Source of the DNA: Eledone cirrhosa
Taxonomy: Eukaryota
Direction of reading: 5' to 3'
Assembly (NCBI GenBank): GCA_964016885.1
Contig: OZ024742.1
Coordinates: 156,736,001-156,800,000, forward strand
DNA length: 64,000 nucleotides
Shown piece after piece: positions 1 to 13,472 of this stretch. Below the pieces are notes generated by a model, which ran no database searches, was not told the origin of the DNA, and saw only the letters and a program-made list of their open reading frames with translations. How positions within the stretch are numbered: the stretch's first letter is position 1; every line of letters starts with the position of its first letter. The position numbers and the translations under genes are program-made.

Positions 1-91
1 TATTTTTCGGGTTGTTATTTGCAATAAGCCGGTTGAAAGTGCCCCAGATAAGCCGTATGTCAATACGGAACGCTTAATACGGAACGCGCCA

Positions 92-275
92 CTGCAGTGT
101 TGTCATATATGGGGTGAAGAGCGACAGAGAGAGTAAAGCAGTTAAATTATAGAGAGAGGGAATATAGGGAACGCGCCATTTGGTCATAAACATCGTTTCT
201 CTCTCTGCAGTGTTGTCATATGGGGAGTGGAGAGCGACAGAGAGAGTACAGCAGTTAAATTATAGAGAGGGGGAA
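92..275. repeat. Imperfect direct repeat of about 75 bp (92-170 and 205-275)
   Basis: CTGCAGTGTTGTCATAT...GAGCGACAGAGAGAGTA.AGCAGTTAAATTATAGAGAG occurs twice. Confidence 0.75.
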
Positions 276-479
276 TGATCATGATCTATTTTTGCCCATA
301 TTGTTGATCGATTTGAAATGTGTTTGCCTCATGACATCTTCCTGACCAAAAACACTAATTGTTCCCAGTTTGAATAGAATCCGTTGGAAATTGTGGAGGT
401 GCATACGTTACAAACTTTAACACACAAATCCTCAGCTTTATATATATAGATGTATACACGTGTTATATCATTTAGGAAT

Positions 480-750
480 ATATAAACACAGAGAAACACA
501 CCCGGATGTAACGCTTGCGCAACGTAAGTACACAACACGCAACGCACAAAATTAAGATGGTGTAGGGCACAAGAGAGACACAAAAAATAAAAGCGTAGTC
601 ACTGACGTGTTCACAGAGCTTTGACAATATATAAACAACCTTCCGGTTATCGAACTAACCAACCAAACGGAAATATATATTAAATTGAAGTGAAAACCAC
701 TAGGTGCGTCTTTTTATTGGCAGCATGAGCCTCCCAAAATGTAACAATAT
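480..750 (+). mobile_element. Solo Penelope-like pLTR fragment with a decayed hammerhead; same family as 12570-13623
   Basis: Colinear similarity to 13320-13626 (ACACCCGGATGTAAC, GTCACTGA, CTTTGACAATATATAAACAACC, ATTGAAGTGAAA, TTATTGGCA.CATGA); ends at AACAATAT into (TA)n. Confidence 0.7.
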
Positions 751-1260
751 ATATATATGCATATATACATATATACATATATACATACTATATAATGTCC
801 ACTTATGGTGTCACAGGTGGGTGATGAAAGAAATTTGATAGACTATATATATAAATATATTTAAATCTATATTCTTATCCGTTGGTGAATCAATGATGAA
901 CTTTGAGTGCCAGTTAAATTAACTATAGGCTTATAAAATATACACAAGCGAAAACCAATCCAAAACAAACAGTGAGTGTTTTATCATTATTTCTGGTAAT
1001 ATTATGACAATATGTTCCTCTCCAAATATAACAATATTTGTTTCATTACACGATTTCATATTAAAACCCTTGCAAATAATTTCATCGTCGTCACGGCATT
1101 TGTTTATGCCAAGCTGAATAGCTATTGAAAGAAATGGTTTTCAGTTATATAATAACTACAGTAACAACAGAAAAAAATCGCTACTTGAAACATTGTATTC
1201 TCTTTAAAATATACAACAGAAAGATTAAAAAAAAAAAAAATGCCGAACACTAAACCGCAC

Positions 1261-2420
1261 ATATATATATATATAAAACTGAGGTTGTCTATATGTCTGT
1301 CTGTCTACTAAAGATTTCGGCACATATCTCCTCCTAAGAGGAACGTTTAAATTTCGGTGAAATTGCTTCAATGATAGATAAAGTTCCGGCGGATACATCG
1401 GTCATACAAATTTTCCAATCGCCCCACGCCAAATTGCAAAATCGAATTTGTAATATATTGATTTTTCAGTTCAAATGTATAAATTGAGATGAGAGACGAG
1501 TTATTTTCCTTTTATGGCGTCCTTTGCTTATCTTTTTATGTTACGTATAAACGACGCGGTGGACCGAGAAGAACAATTTCATGCAAGTACAAGACCAAGT
1601 GTATGGCGTAAATGGAGTCGTTAGACTAATATTCTATTTAAAATAACAGAATGATTTCCAGCCCCGGAGTTTAAAAATGATGTAAATAAAATTGAAAACG
1701 AAAGTGACAGGTTATTAAAATAGTTGTTTCTACTTCTGACACAAGGCCAGCAATTACTCAGTACATTACTGGTACTTTATTTTATCGATCCCGCAAGGAT
1801 GAAAGGCAAAGTTAACCTCGACGGGTGTTTTTACCTTTGCTTAATATAGTAAAAGTAAATAGTGAAGTTTTAGGCCAGTACTTAAGTATGCGCCGACGAA
1901 CCTACACATACATATACATGCGCACACACAAATACACACACACACACAAATACATACACACACACACACACATGCGCGCGTGTGTGTGTAAACCTTATGC
2001 ATGTCTACAGTATTTTCACCAAACTTAAGACATAGGTTACTTATGTACTCCGGATGGTGATGGGCACTTTCATTTTTCCAGATATTGAATATAGGGCCTC
2101 CCGGCAGATAACCCCGTTTTAAACACTTCCTTGGAGTCGACTGACGCATGGCGGTGCAATACAACAAAACGTCATAACTTCTGGAGTTCGCAACCGATTT
2201 TCACAAAATTTGACACATGGGCTAAGTTTATTCTACAAATGAATGTGAACTCTCAGAACTCTCAAATGTTGAGTAGGGGACCCCTGGGGGCAGGAAGCCC
2301 CTTTTGGAAAAAGCCGACGATTTTGTAAAAGTATAGATTTCGAAGCAGCACTGAAGTATTGACATAAACGGTATACATAATGCTCTTTAATACCCGAGCA
2401 ACGCCGAGTACCTCTGCTAG
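1261..2420 (+). mobile_element. Non-autonomous Helitron, tandem unit 1
   Basis: Starts ATATATATAAAACTGAGG; ends with subterminal hairpin CCCGAGCAACGCCGAG then CTAG; joined CTAG|TC to the next unit. Confidence 0.8.
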
Positions 2421-3759
2421 TCTATATATATAAAACTGAGGTTGTCTGATGACTGTCTACTAAAACAATCAGCACACATCTCCTAAACCGTACGTTCAAA
2501 TTTTTGTAAAATTGCTACACTTATAGATGAATGTCTGGCGGAGAGATCGGTCAAACAAATTTTCAAATCGGCCCTCGCCAAGTGCAAAAATCGAATTTGT
2601 AAAGTATTCATACTGAAAAAATCAATACATTACAAATTCGATTTTTGCAGTATGAATAGAGATGAGAGACGAGTTATTTTCCTTTTATGGCGTCATTTGT
2701 TTGTCTATTTACGTTACGAATAAACGTGCAAAGGTAAACAAATACGCGGCCAGCAAAATTTTCGGGCCAGCAAAGTTTTAACCTGCAAAATTAAATATTT
2801 CGAGAAACGTTGCAACTGAAGGAAAATAGGAAGACGATATTTTGGTTCGTGAAGACGTTCTCTGGTAATGACGGGAAAATAAACGAGGATAATACGTCGT
2901 TATGTGGACCGAGAAGAACAATGTCATTCAAAGACAAGACTAAGTTTACGGTGTAAATGGAGTCGTTAGACTAATATTCTATTTAAAATAACCGAATGAT
3001 TTCCAGCCTCGGAGTTTAAGAATGATGTAAATAAAATTGTAAACGAAAATGACAGAGGTTATCAAAAAAGTAACTTCTACTTCTGACACAAGGCCAGCAA
3101 TTACTCAGTACATTACTAGTACTTTATTTTATCGATCCCGCAAGGATGAAAGGCAAAGTTAAACTAAACGGGATTTTAACTTTGCCTTAAAATAGTAAAA
3201 GCAAATAGTGAAGATTTAGGCCAGTACATACGTATGCGCCGACGGACATACACATACGCACACACAAATACATACATATACACAAACACACACCCACACC
3301 CACATACACACAGACACACACGCGCGTGTGTATGTAAACCTTATGTATTTCTACCGTATTTTCACCAAATTTAAGACATAGGTTTCTTATGTACTCCGAA
3401 TAGTGATGGGCACTTTCATTTTTCCAGATATTGATTATAGGGCCTCCCGGCACATAACCCCTTTTGATCAATTCGTTGGAGTCGACTGAAGCACTGCAGT
3501 GCAATACAACAAAACGTCATAACTTCTGGAGTTCGCAACCGATTTTCACAAAACTTGACACATGGGCTACGTTTGTTCTACAGATGAATCTGAACTTTCA
3601 GACTTGGTACATATTGAGTAGGGGACCCCTGGGGAGCAGGACCACTTTTGGAAAAAGCCGATGATTTTGTAAAAGTATAGATTTCGAAGCAGCACTGAAG
3701 AATTGACATAAATGGTATACATAAATGCTATTTAATACCCGAGCAACGCCGGGTATTAG
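2421..3759 (+). mobile_element. Non-autonomous Helitron, tandem unit 2
   Basis: 5' TCTATATATATAAAACTGAGG; 3' CCCGAGCAACGCCGGG hairpin plus TTAG; colinear with units 1 and 3. Confidence 0.8.
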
Positions 3760-4597
3760 TCTATGTATATAAACTGAGGTTGTCTGTATATCTGTCTGTC
3801 TGTCTACTAAAACAGTCGGCACACATCTCCTCCTAACCCGTACGTTCAAATTTCTGTGAAATTGCTACACTTATAGATGAAGGTCCGACGGAGACATCGG
3901 TCAAAAACATTTTCAAATCGACCCACGCCAAGTGCAAAAATTGAATTTGTAATGTATTGATTTGTCAGTACAAATGTATGAATAGAGATGAGAGACGAGT
4001 TATTTTTCTTTTATGGCGTCATTTGTTCATCTATTTACGTTAGGAATAAACGTACAAAGATAAACAAATACGCGAACAGATTTCGGGCCAGCAAAATGTC
4101 AACCTGCAAAATTCATGAGATCGAAGTTTCAACATTAATCTTCCATATTGCTTCATTTCCATTAAAAAGTCTTTTAAAACAATATTTCAGCGCATCAGCC
4201 TCGACATCACCCGAGGCAACGCCGCTAGTGTGCTGGCTTGCCTCAAAAATCATTAGAGAGGTTTCCCAGTACTCGCGACGTTGCTGTCTTTTGCTCTGGT
4301 GTTGGCTCCGTTGTTCACCCCTTCCTTTACATTTTCTTTAATATTGTAGCATTGAAGGAATATATCTTTCATTGTATCATTCTTTGTAGCTGTTACCGAG
4401 GCATTTGTAATGTTATTTATGTATATTTTTAAAACATATTTGTTATGTTATTCTACTGTAAATTTATTTATATGCTCTGTTTATATTTTCATTCTCACTA
4501 CCCTTAAAAATCTATGAAACTACATACACGTTGCAACTCTTTCTCTATATATATATCACACATATATACATATACATCTAAAGAGTGAAAGGGAGAT

Positions 4598-4634
<37 letters not shown>

Positions 4635-4831
4635 GATTGGTCGTTATACAGAGAGAGAGATAGAGAGAGAGACAGAGAGAGAGAGAGAAAGTGAGATTGG
4701 TCGTTATACAGAGATAGGTACAATATAATCAGATAGAGAGACAGAGAGCGAGAGGGAAAATGGCGACGAATGCTGGTTCACACACACACATATACACACA
4801 CACACAAACACATATATATATATATGAAGAC

Positions 4832-4920
<89 letters not shown>

Positions 4921-6061
4921 CGTTCTTTATTGTTCTCCATTCTGTAGAGGAAGAGAGAGAGGGGGGTATGAGTGAGATAGAGAGAAAGAGAGAGAGAGGG
5001 TATGAGAAAAAAGGGAGAGTGGTTAAGAAAGAAAGTTTAAGCAGAGAATCGCTGCTTTCAACATTAACGGGATCTTCTTAAACTAAAAAAGTCAACCTGT
5101 GAACGCAGAATTAAATATTTCGAGAAACGTTGCAACCGAAGGAAAACAGGAAGACGATATTTTGGTTTGTGAAGACGTTCCCTGGTAATGACGGGAAAAT
5201 AAACGAGGATAATACGTCGTTATGTGGAACGAGAAGAACAATGTCATGCAAAGACAAGACTAAGTTTATGGTGTAAATGGAGTCGTTCGACTAATATTCT
5301 ATTTAAAATAACCGAATGATTTCCAGACGCGGAATTTAAGAATGATGTAAATAAAATTGAAAACGAGAGTGACAGGTTATTAAAATAGTTGTTTCTACTT
5401 TTGGCACAAGGCTAGCAACTATCCAGTACAGTACTGGTATTTTATTTTATCGACCCCGCATGGACGAAAGGCAAAGTTAAACTAGCGGGGATTTAACTTT
5501 GCCTTAAAAGAGTAAAATTAAATAGTGAATATTTAGGCCAGTACATACGTATGCGCGACGGACATACACATACATATACATACGCACACACAAATACACA
5601 CACACCCACACACACACGCACAAGCGCGCGTGTGTGTGTAAATCTTATGCATTTCTACAGTATTTTCACCAAACTTAAGACATAGGTTACTTATGTACTC
5701 CGGATAGTGATGGACACTTTCATTTTTCACGATATTGATTATAGGGCCTCCGGGCAGATAACCTCCTTTAGCCACTTCCTTGGAGTCGACTGAAGCACTG
5801 CAGTGCAATATAACAAAACGTCATAACTTCTGGAGTTTGCAACCAATTTTCACAAAACTTGACACATGGTCCACGTTTGTTCTACAGATGAATGTGAACT
5901 CTCAGAATTAGCACATATTGAGTAGGGGACCCCTGGGGGCAGGAACCCCCTTTTGGAAAAAGCCGATGATTCTGTAAAAGTAGCGTTTTCGAAGCAGCAC
6001 TGAATTATTGACATACATAACTGTTATTTAATACCCGAGCAACGCCGGGTACCTCTGCTAG
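3760..6061 (+). mobile_element. Non-autonomous Helitron, tandem unit 3, with about 1 kb extra internal segment
   Basis: 5' TCTATGTATAT; 3' CCCGAGCAACGCCGGG hairpin plus CTAG|T; extra segment about 4115-5090 includes (AG)n. Confidence 0.8.
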
Positions 6062-6335
6062 TTAATAATAAATATGAAAAGAACAACGTATAGAAAAACT
6101 TAACGAGCTTTACAAACTTAAACGCGTTAATATTAAGAAAATTCAAAATCTCTCCATACCAAACAGAATGAATAAATTAATTTGTCATTCGATATGAAAC
6201 AAAATACTCTGAAAACAAATGTAAACAACAATTTAATTTTAAAAAAATGTAAGATGTATGGATGAAGGGCAAAATGCAATAAGATAAGAAACATGAAAAC
6301 TTACAAATATACCCTGACAAGATTTACAATATTTA

Positions 6336-6458
6336 CCCTATATACTCGCGTATAGGTCGCCCCGGCAGATAGGTCGCATACCCACTTTTCATTTAACAAA
6401 TAGGATATTTGCCATTGACTCGCAGATAGGTCGCACTGAAATACGCGAGTATATACGG
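6336..6458. mobile_element. Tc1/mariner (pogo/Tigger-like) MITE
   Basis: TIRs CCCTATATACTCGCGTAT / ATACGCGAGTATATACGG flanked by TA on both sides; internal TAGGTCGC subrepeats. Confidence 0.8.
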
Positions 6459-6693
6459 TATATTGAATATATCATATTACCTAGAGAGTTTACCGAAGAC
6501 CATGCACTAAACATCTATGGTGACACTACAAACAACGAAGAAGAACAGAATATCCCACAACTGCAAATATTACTATATATAACAAGGTAAACCCAGTACG
6601 ATGCTTGTCGGAATTTGAAAAGTCCGTCATCAAAATCTGTTGAAATACGAACATAAATAACAAACATAATAACAATACGAACGGCAATAATAA

Positions 6694-6842
6694 GTGTTTC
6701 TACTTTTGGCACAAGACCCCGTAAGGATGAAAGGCAAAGTTAACCTCGGCGGGATTTCAACTCAGACCATAAAGGGCCGTAACGCTTTGCTGCAAAGCAT
6801 GGCGTCCGGACCTCTACCGATACTACCAATCCACCGCCCTTG
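6694..6842 (-). mobile_element. tRNA-derived SINE with Nin/Deu-like core, internally deleted, 18-bp TSD
   Basis: Homologous to 60993-61170; core GCCTTTCATCCTTACGGGGTC; TACGAACGGCAATAATAA duplicated at 6676-6693 and 6843-6860. Confidence 0.85.
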
Positions 6843-7479
6843 TACGAACGGCAATAATAATAACGAAAGTGGTAACATACAGAAAAACAATAACAACTTC
6901 GGCTATAGAAACAACGACTATAATTATAATAATAGTCATAAAAATAACAACAATGACAGCAGGTGAGATATAAATAATAATATTAGAAATAGCAGGAACA
7001 ATAATGATAACAATAGAGAGAACAATAACAACAACTAAAATAATAGCAATAGACATAACAACAATACATGTAACAACCACAATTATAGAAATAGCATTAA
7101 CAACGATAACATTTGGGAAAACAACAATTATGATAACAACAATAATATTACACATAACTATAACGGTAGATTTAATGACAGCCCCTTAGAGAACCTATTC
7201 TTTAATTAGGCTGACAAAACATACAAAATTGCCCTTTAATAAAAAAAGTCAATATACCACAAAATTACCCTTTAATAAATGAGGCCATATACCACAAAAT
7301 TACCCTATAATAAAAGAGTTCATATACCACAACAAATAGACGATCAGAAGAGAGTCACAGTTTGCCATAGTTAGAAATAAAATTAGACAGGTAGTAGAAA
7401 AATATACTAGGAGACAAAAGAGACCAGAGATTCAGCAACTTGGACGAAAACCTGCAGAAAGCCTACTTAGCCTCATGCA

Positions 7480-9250
7480 ACGCACAAGGAATGGCCAGGT
7501 AGTCTGATTACCTACAGACAAATCAGGTAGTATTTCAATAGACACCATGCCAAACTACATCAAGGCTATGCAACCCCACATCAGCAACACGAGCGAAACA
7601 ATACCACACCCACACGATGAATAAGAAAATATCTTCACTGCTAACAACCTACAATTTCTAAGCCTCTACCAATGACGTACGACACTTGTATGGGCTCCGA
7701 AAAGACAATAAAACAACTATGACAGGGCCACCAACATGGCCTGTATGCGGAGCCAATACTGCTAGCAACTATAGGATCTCCTACTTCCTCTCTATGATTG
7801 TGCGCCCCATAATTAAGATGTGCCCAGTTGTATGTGACAGCACAGAGGACATTCTCAGCAGAATCAATGACTGTAACAACAAAGAAGACTTAACAAACTG
7901 CATATGGCTGTAATATCCCTGTACCCCTCCATTGCCGTTGATTTAGCTGTGGAACAATGTGTGGAAATAATTGTTTCTACTATTGGCACAAGGCCAGCAA
8001 TTATCCAGTACTTTACTGGTGGAAATAATGAGTGACAGTGAGGTAGAGTTCTGTGGCGTTAATACGGATAAACGGGGCCTAGTAATTTGATTTACATGTG
8101 ACAGTGAATTCTTAAATAATGTTGGCCTTAGCAGTGTATGCGCCAGTAGATAAATAAGAGGTAGACCCCACTTATAACTTCGATGGCTAAAAAGACTCCC
8201 ATAGGAAGACACAAAAAGCAACGTTAAGTGAGAAAAAATGATCACACATGCGGTAGGGGCTAGTATTAAAACTACATTAAAGGGGCACCTTTTTCAATTT
8301 AATGAGAAAATTTACCCAGGATGAGGGAACGGCCATTGGCGGCAGTAAAGCTGGCGATGCTGCCAGCCTATTTATGATATGATGGGAAAGGTGAACTCAG
8401 CGAACTCCCAGAAAAGAACTCCCAAATCCACGTCGTGTACTCTCGTTCCGTAATTGATACCAATATAGTAATAAAAACGCACAACAAGAGAGTGCCAATA
8501 AACCCGTATTAGAATATAACATAATGCAGAGCATTCAGCAGAGAGCTAATTACATACACCAGAGCATAACAGTAACTATCGACTACACTCCCAAGCACCA
8601 TAACAATAGACAACCAGTATTAGACACTATAAACGAGACAACCAGTATTAGACACTGTAAACGAGACAACCAGTATTAGACACTATAAACGAGAAAACCC
8701 AAATTCTCTACTCATATTATGCTAAACCCATGGCCTCCAGATACCTTATACACAAAACTCATCGATGTCCGATAGAGCTAAGGTTAATATTTTGATCGCA
8801 GACTTGGTAAGAGTGATGAAGAATGTGTCCCGCATGTGCGATCTAACTGAACTGGAAAGAGACATCCAACACTTCATCAATTGCATGCAATTCTATGGCT
8901 AGAACCAAAGAGACAGAATCAGAGTATACAAAGAGGCCACGGAGAAGTATAAGACCCCCATAGAAATGGACATGAAAGGGAGTTGCCGATTATACAGAAG
9001 CGAATCATGGAATAGCATAGATGGGTCTAAACATAAGCTTGGTAAAGGTATTTCATGGTACAAGAGATTCCAGTATCATGTTCTTGGATGTAAACCTTGG
9101 ACGTGAATAAGTTAACGAGTTTAGAAACGCCCTAAGAAAGACACATTTAAAAATTAAAGTGGCAGAAAAGCCAGGAACTACCATAAAATCGCTGATCAGC
9201 AAAACGTACCCCTTTAAGAAAAACCACTGTACTATAAGAAATGTTTTATA
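7480..9250 (+). pseudogene. Degenerate Penelope-like reverse transcriptase
   Basis: Ordered PLE-RT-like motifs across frameshifts and stops: LPTDKSG, PTLYGLRKDNK, GPPTWPVCGA, SLYPSI, EGTAIG, PVLD, HYAKPMAS. Confidence 0.65.
7972..8018 (-). mobile_element. 47-bp, severely 5'-truncated SINE inserted in the PLE RT, 11-bp TSD
   Basis: Matches the SINE 3' end; GTGGAAATAAT duplicated at 7961-7971 and 8019-8029. Confidence 0.75.
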
Positions 9251-9349
9251 TATTATAATGCTTTGTGTGTTTGTAAACAAACATCCCGAATTAAGCCTCA
9301 CAGTGTTTAGCAACCATCGTTGCTCTTTTGTTCAACACTGACAAGGGAG

Positions 9350-9390
9350 CGATGTACTAGTCTCAAGCTTATTAGCTATCGTCAGCACGG
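9350..9390 (-). ncRNA. Minimal hammerhead ribozyme, mutated core (GAGA)
   Basis: ccgtg CTGACGA tAGCT aata AGCTt GAGA CTAG TA catcg. Confidence 0.5.
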
Positions 9391-9760
9391 TATACCTTCC
9401 TGCCAGATGATGAACGTCTGAAAGTATATACTTTCCGTATACATATTAAACGGCTGAGCAGCCTAATTTGCATATTGAGTGAGATAATCGGCCGGGCGCA
9501 CCGAAAACTATAAACGGAAAAAATGTATATATGTATGTACGTATACATATATATATATGTTTGTACGTATACATATGTATATTTAAGTAACAGCCGTACT
9601 AAGACTGAGAAATGAAATTTCGTTTCATTTTTTCCGTTTATCATTTTCGGTGCGCCCGGCCGATTAACTCACTCGATATGCAAATTAGGCTGCTCAGCCG
9701 TTAATATGCATCAGGATAGTATATTCTTTTAGACGTTAAATCATCTGGAAGAATGGTATA

Positions 9761-9801
9761 CATTGCTGAGGATAGCTAATAAGCTTGAAACTAGTATATC
9801 G
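9761..9801 (+). ncRNA. Minimal type I hammerhead ribozyme
   Basis: CTGAGGA tAGCT aata AGCTt GAAA CTAG TA; palindromic stem III ACTAGT; stem I weak in this copy. Confidence 0.65.
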
Positions 9802-10061
9802 TTCCTTTGTCAGTGATGAACAAAAGAGCAACGATGGTTGCTAAACACTGTACGGCTTAATTCAGGATGTTTGTTTACAAACACACATAGCATTATAATA
9901 AATGTTCGGTAAATCCATACGTGCATGTCTATATGGGTGCATGTATGTATATATATATACATATATGTATGTACGTATACATACTTATATTTAAGTAACA
10001 GTCGTACTTATAGTTAGAAATGAAATTTCGTTTCATTTTTTCCGTTTATATATATATAGAT

Positions 10062-10120
<59 letters not shown>

Positions 10121-10185
10121 ATGTAGAATATATATATATATATATTAAAATACAAATATTAATAAAATAATTGTTCTTTTGATCA

Positions 10186-10248
10186 ATTACATTTTATTAT
10201 ACATATTTCGGATGTACAACAGTACGTTCTCATCAGACAAAATATAAT
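10186..10248 (-). ncRNA. Minimal type I hammerhead ribozyme
   Basis: ATTATATTTTGT CTGATGA gaacGTAC tgtt GTACatcc GAAA TATGTA TA ATAAAATGTAAT; 12-bp stem I. Confidence 0.8.
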
Positions 10249-11689
10249 GATGCATGTCATACCCTTAGATGTTAAATGGTTAAGATTTAATCAAGTTAGT
10301 GATTAAGCTAAGAGAAAATTCAACATTTATACCCTAATAATGAGAAATGCGAAAACGTAATAAATTCAATAGAGAATGTATGAGTAAGAAAAACCTTGGT
10401 TAATGTGACAACTATTGAGATTTTAAAGTGTATACTACAAGTTATGTTTATTTAGGAAAACATCTCATGAATTATAACAGTCAATGAGAGCCACTGAAAT
10501 AAGATTTGTAGAGAGGGAAAGATAAGAGCGGGTAATATATGCAGAAGGAGATTTTTTTCCGAAAGTTAAACGGTTAAGTTTGAAAATATGTAATTTATGC
10601 AATTTTAGGGTGAAGAATCAAGATTTTAGGTTTTTTTTTAAAATAGCTGGTTATTTATAGTTATTAGTTTTGTAAATTATATAAGTGTGTTAACATTTCT
10701 AAACTTATGAATGTTATGGGGATAACCTTTAAAGGAATTAAATGGCCAGCTAAAAGGAAAGTTTGCACTGTTGAATATTTTCCTAAATGTAAACTTTAAC
10801 GAAGATAATCAATGTCAACATAATCGGTATGTAAAGCTTATGAAGTACTCTATTGTTAGAAATATTTAAATAACGATTTTGTATATAGATATATATTAAT
10901 GAGCCAGTATATATTAAGTAAATGATAACGAATATAAAAATAAAATAATAGATTGAGGCATGCTAAATTTAAATATATACCCATATATAACAGGGTGTAA
11001 ATGCATTAATTATTCATAGTTCGAAATAAACAATAATCAAGAAATTTAGAAGTTAACCAGAAATTGTGTATAGAAAGATATAGAGAGGTATATATGGATA
11101 TATATTAGGTATTAGTGATACAGTATACTTTAGTTAAATGATAACGGTTATAGTTTTATATAATAACATTCGACGTGTTACAGTTAAATGCATATATATA
11201 TATCAGAAAAACAATAATAAATGCATGGATAATTCAGAGTTCAAAATAAGGTCTATAATAATTTATAGTTTGGATATTTGCTCTATATTTGAATCATGGA
11301 TATAAAAATGCAGTAGGTATATTTAAAAACTTAGAAAATATAATTACATACATATTATAAATAAGAGATCAAAAATGTAAACGCATGAGAGATTCACAGT
11401 TAGAGATAAGTTCCGTAAAAATGTAATTAAAATTAGGTAGGAAGATGAAGATAGAGAAATAAAGAAATAATGGTATGGATCAAAGTTAATAATATTATGT
11501 TATGTATATCAATGTTCCGGCGTGTTATTGAACAAGTGTCTTTCATTCTAGCGTTATTTCTTCTATAGATAGTTATAGGATAGTGCAATATTAAAGGCCA
11601 TTAATGTTTTTCCCTATTGATTATATACGCCTGAAAACCAAGTTTTTAATGGTTTAATGTTTCTCTCTCTTTTTTTCTAGTTTTGTGGG

Positions 11690-12318
11690 AGGCTAAAAAT
11701 GTGGATGTAGCTTTATGAAGGCAACTAGAGAATAATTCACTTTTTTGTTATTAATAATGAACAGCGTCTCCATTGTACAGAGCGCGCAGTTATTTGATAT
11801 ACTAGAGTTGCGTTAAACTCCACAGATCCGAAGTTTGTCAAAAGAATGGAGTATTTTAAATTCCTCTCTTTTAATGACCATATGAGCTGTGATAAAGAAG
11901 TGGATGATTTCCTCTTGGAGTTCGAGAATGAGCATTTATGGTTGGCAAATCTGGCTTTAAATGTAGAAGAAGTCGATCATATGTAGTTGTATGTATTGTG
12001 ATCAGATTTTACGGTGCATTTATAAACCAAATTACTATCTAGACAATTATTTTGTAAATGGCAATCAGTTTTATTTCTACAATTACATTTTGGTTTAGTA
12101 TAATTTATGTTAACTCTACTATTAAGATCATTATGCTGGTTTTGTTTTAGGATTTTAGTGTTTAATTTGGCAATATTTTGGGCCATGTTCATAGTTGTAG
12201 AATACGAGAATTTAATGGTATGCCTATTAAAAATGGAATGGTATTTATGGTGAGTAGGGAAAGAGGTGTCCAAAGCGTTAAAGAATAATGTTGCAATTTG
12301 TGTTTTAACTGCTACCGA
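11690..12318 (-). pseudogene. PLE C-terminal GIY-YIG endonuclease fragment (Neptune-like, Cys-rich linker)
   Basis: FPTHHKYHSIFNRHTIKFSYS, CNCRNKTDCHLQNNCL, LVYKC, NYI*ST, FKARFANH, CALCTME; stops and frameshifts present. Confidence 0.8.
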
Positions 12319-12780
12319 AATTACGCTCGAATGAAAGACACTTGTTCAATAACACGCCGGAACATTGATATATATAACATAATATTATTAACTTTGATCC
12401 ATACCATTATTTTTTTATTTCTCTATCTTTATCTTCCTACCTAAGTTTTAAATGTTAGTTTAATATCTAACCCATTCATTTTTACGGAACTTATTTCTAA
12501 CTGTGAATCTTTCTTGCGTTTACATTTTTGATCTCTTATTTATAATATGTATTTAATTATATTTTCTAATTTCGCTTCTGAATTCGTTTAGCAAGATTCT
12601 TTATCTGAAAACGTGTGTTGAAACCGATATTGTTATACTTTGGGAGGGTCATGTTGCCAATAAGAAATACACGCACCAGTTGTTTTCACTTCAATTTATT
12701 ATAATACATTTATAAATTTAGGAATTTATAAATTTCCGGTTGGTTGGTTGGTTCCACAACCAGATGGTTGTTTATATATT

Positions 12781-12823
12781 GACAAAGTTCTTTCGTCACA
12801 CATTATGTGACCTCTTCAGTGAC
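12781..12823 (-). ncRNA. Minimal hammerhead ribozyme (left arm of iii)
   Basis: gtca CTGAAGA g GTCACAT aat GTGTGAC GAAA GAAC TT tgtc. Confidence 0.7.
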
Positions 12824-13429
12824 TGGGGATTTTTCTTTGTTTTTTGTGGCTTTCCTTTGTTCTGTCCTACGCCATTTTGTTTTTGTGTGTGTGTTGTGTG
12901 CTTAGATGCGCATCTGTTACATCCGGGTGTCTGTGTGTGTTTATATTCGTTTATTTACTTGTTTATTTACATGTTACTGGTTGGTTGTTTGTTCTAAGTG
13001 CGTGTGTGTTTTCATTTTGTCCTTAATTGTATGGTGTGATGTTGCTGTCCCACTCATGTTTTCTATTTAATTTTGGTTGTAATTCATTTATGTTTATTGC
13101 CTCTATAATTTGTCTAAACATTGCGTCTTTTCTTTTCGCAATGTTTAGACAAATCACAGAGGCAATAAACAAAAATGAATTACAACCAAAATTAAATAGA
13201 AAATATGAGTGGAACAGCAACATCACACTTTACAATTAAGGATAAAATGAAAACGCACACGCACATAGAACAAACAACCAACCAGTAACATGTAAATAAA
13301 CAAATAAATAAACGAATATAAACACACACAGACACCCGGATGTAACACATGCGCAAACTAAGCACACAACACACACAAAAAAACAAGATGGCGTAGAACA
13401 GAACAAAGGAGAGGCACACAAAACACACA

Positions 13430-13472
13430 GTCACTGAAGAGGTCACAGAATGTGTGACGAAAGAACTTTGAC
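13430..13472 (+). ncRNA. Minimal hammerhead ribozyme (right arm of iii)
   Basis: GTCA CTGAAGA g GTCACA gaatg TGTGAC GAAA GAAC TT TGAC. Confidence 0.8.

Larger units (their letters stand above)
9251..10049. mobile_element. Fold-back Penelope-like pLTR insertion (i)
   Basis: Inverted arms 9251-9525 / 9626-9900, each with a hammerhead core; unique tail 9901-10049 ends in (TA)n. Confidence 0.75.

Noticed and set aside
7200-8700. Short repeats (about 37 bp at 7225-7330; 28 bp x3 at 8609-8695) as a CRISPR-like array
   Set aside because: Contiguous tandem duplications without unique spacers, in eukaryotic DNA with no cas genes.
9401-9432. CAGATGA...TGAAAGTATATAC as a possible extra hammerhead
   Set aside because: Core is CAGA rather than CTGA, stem II is unconvincing and the other arm does not preserve it.
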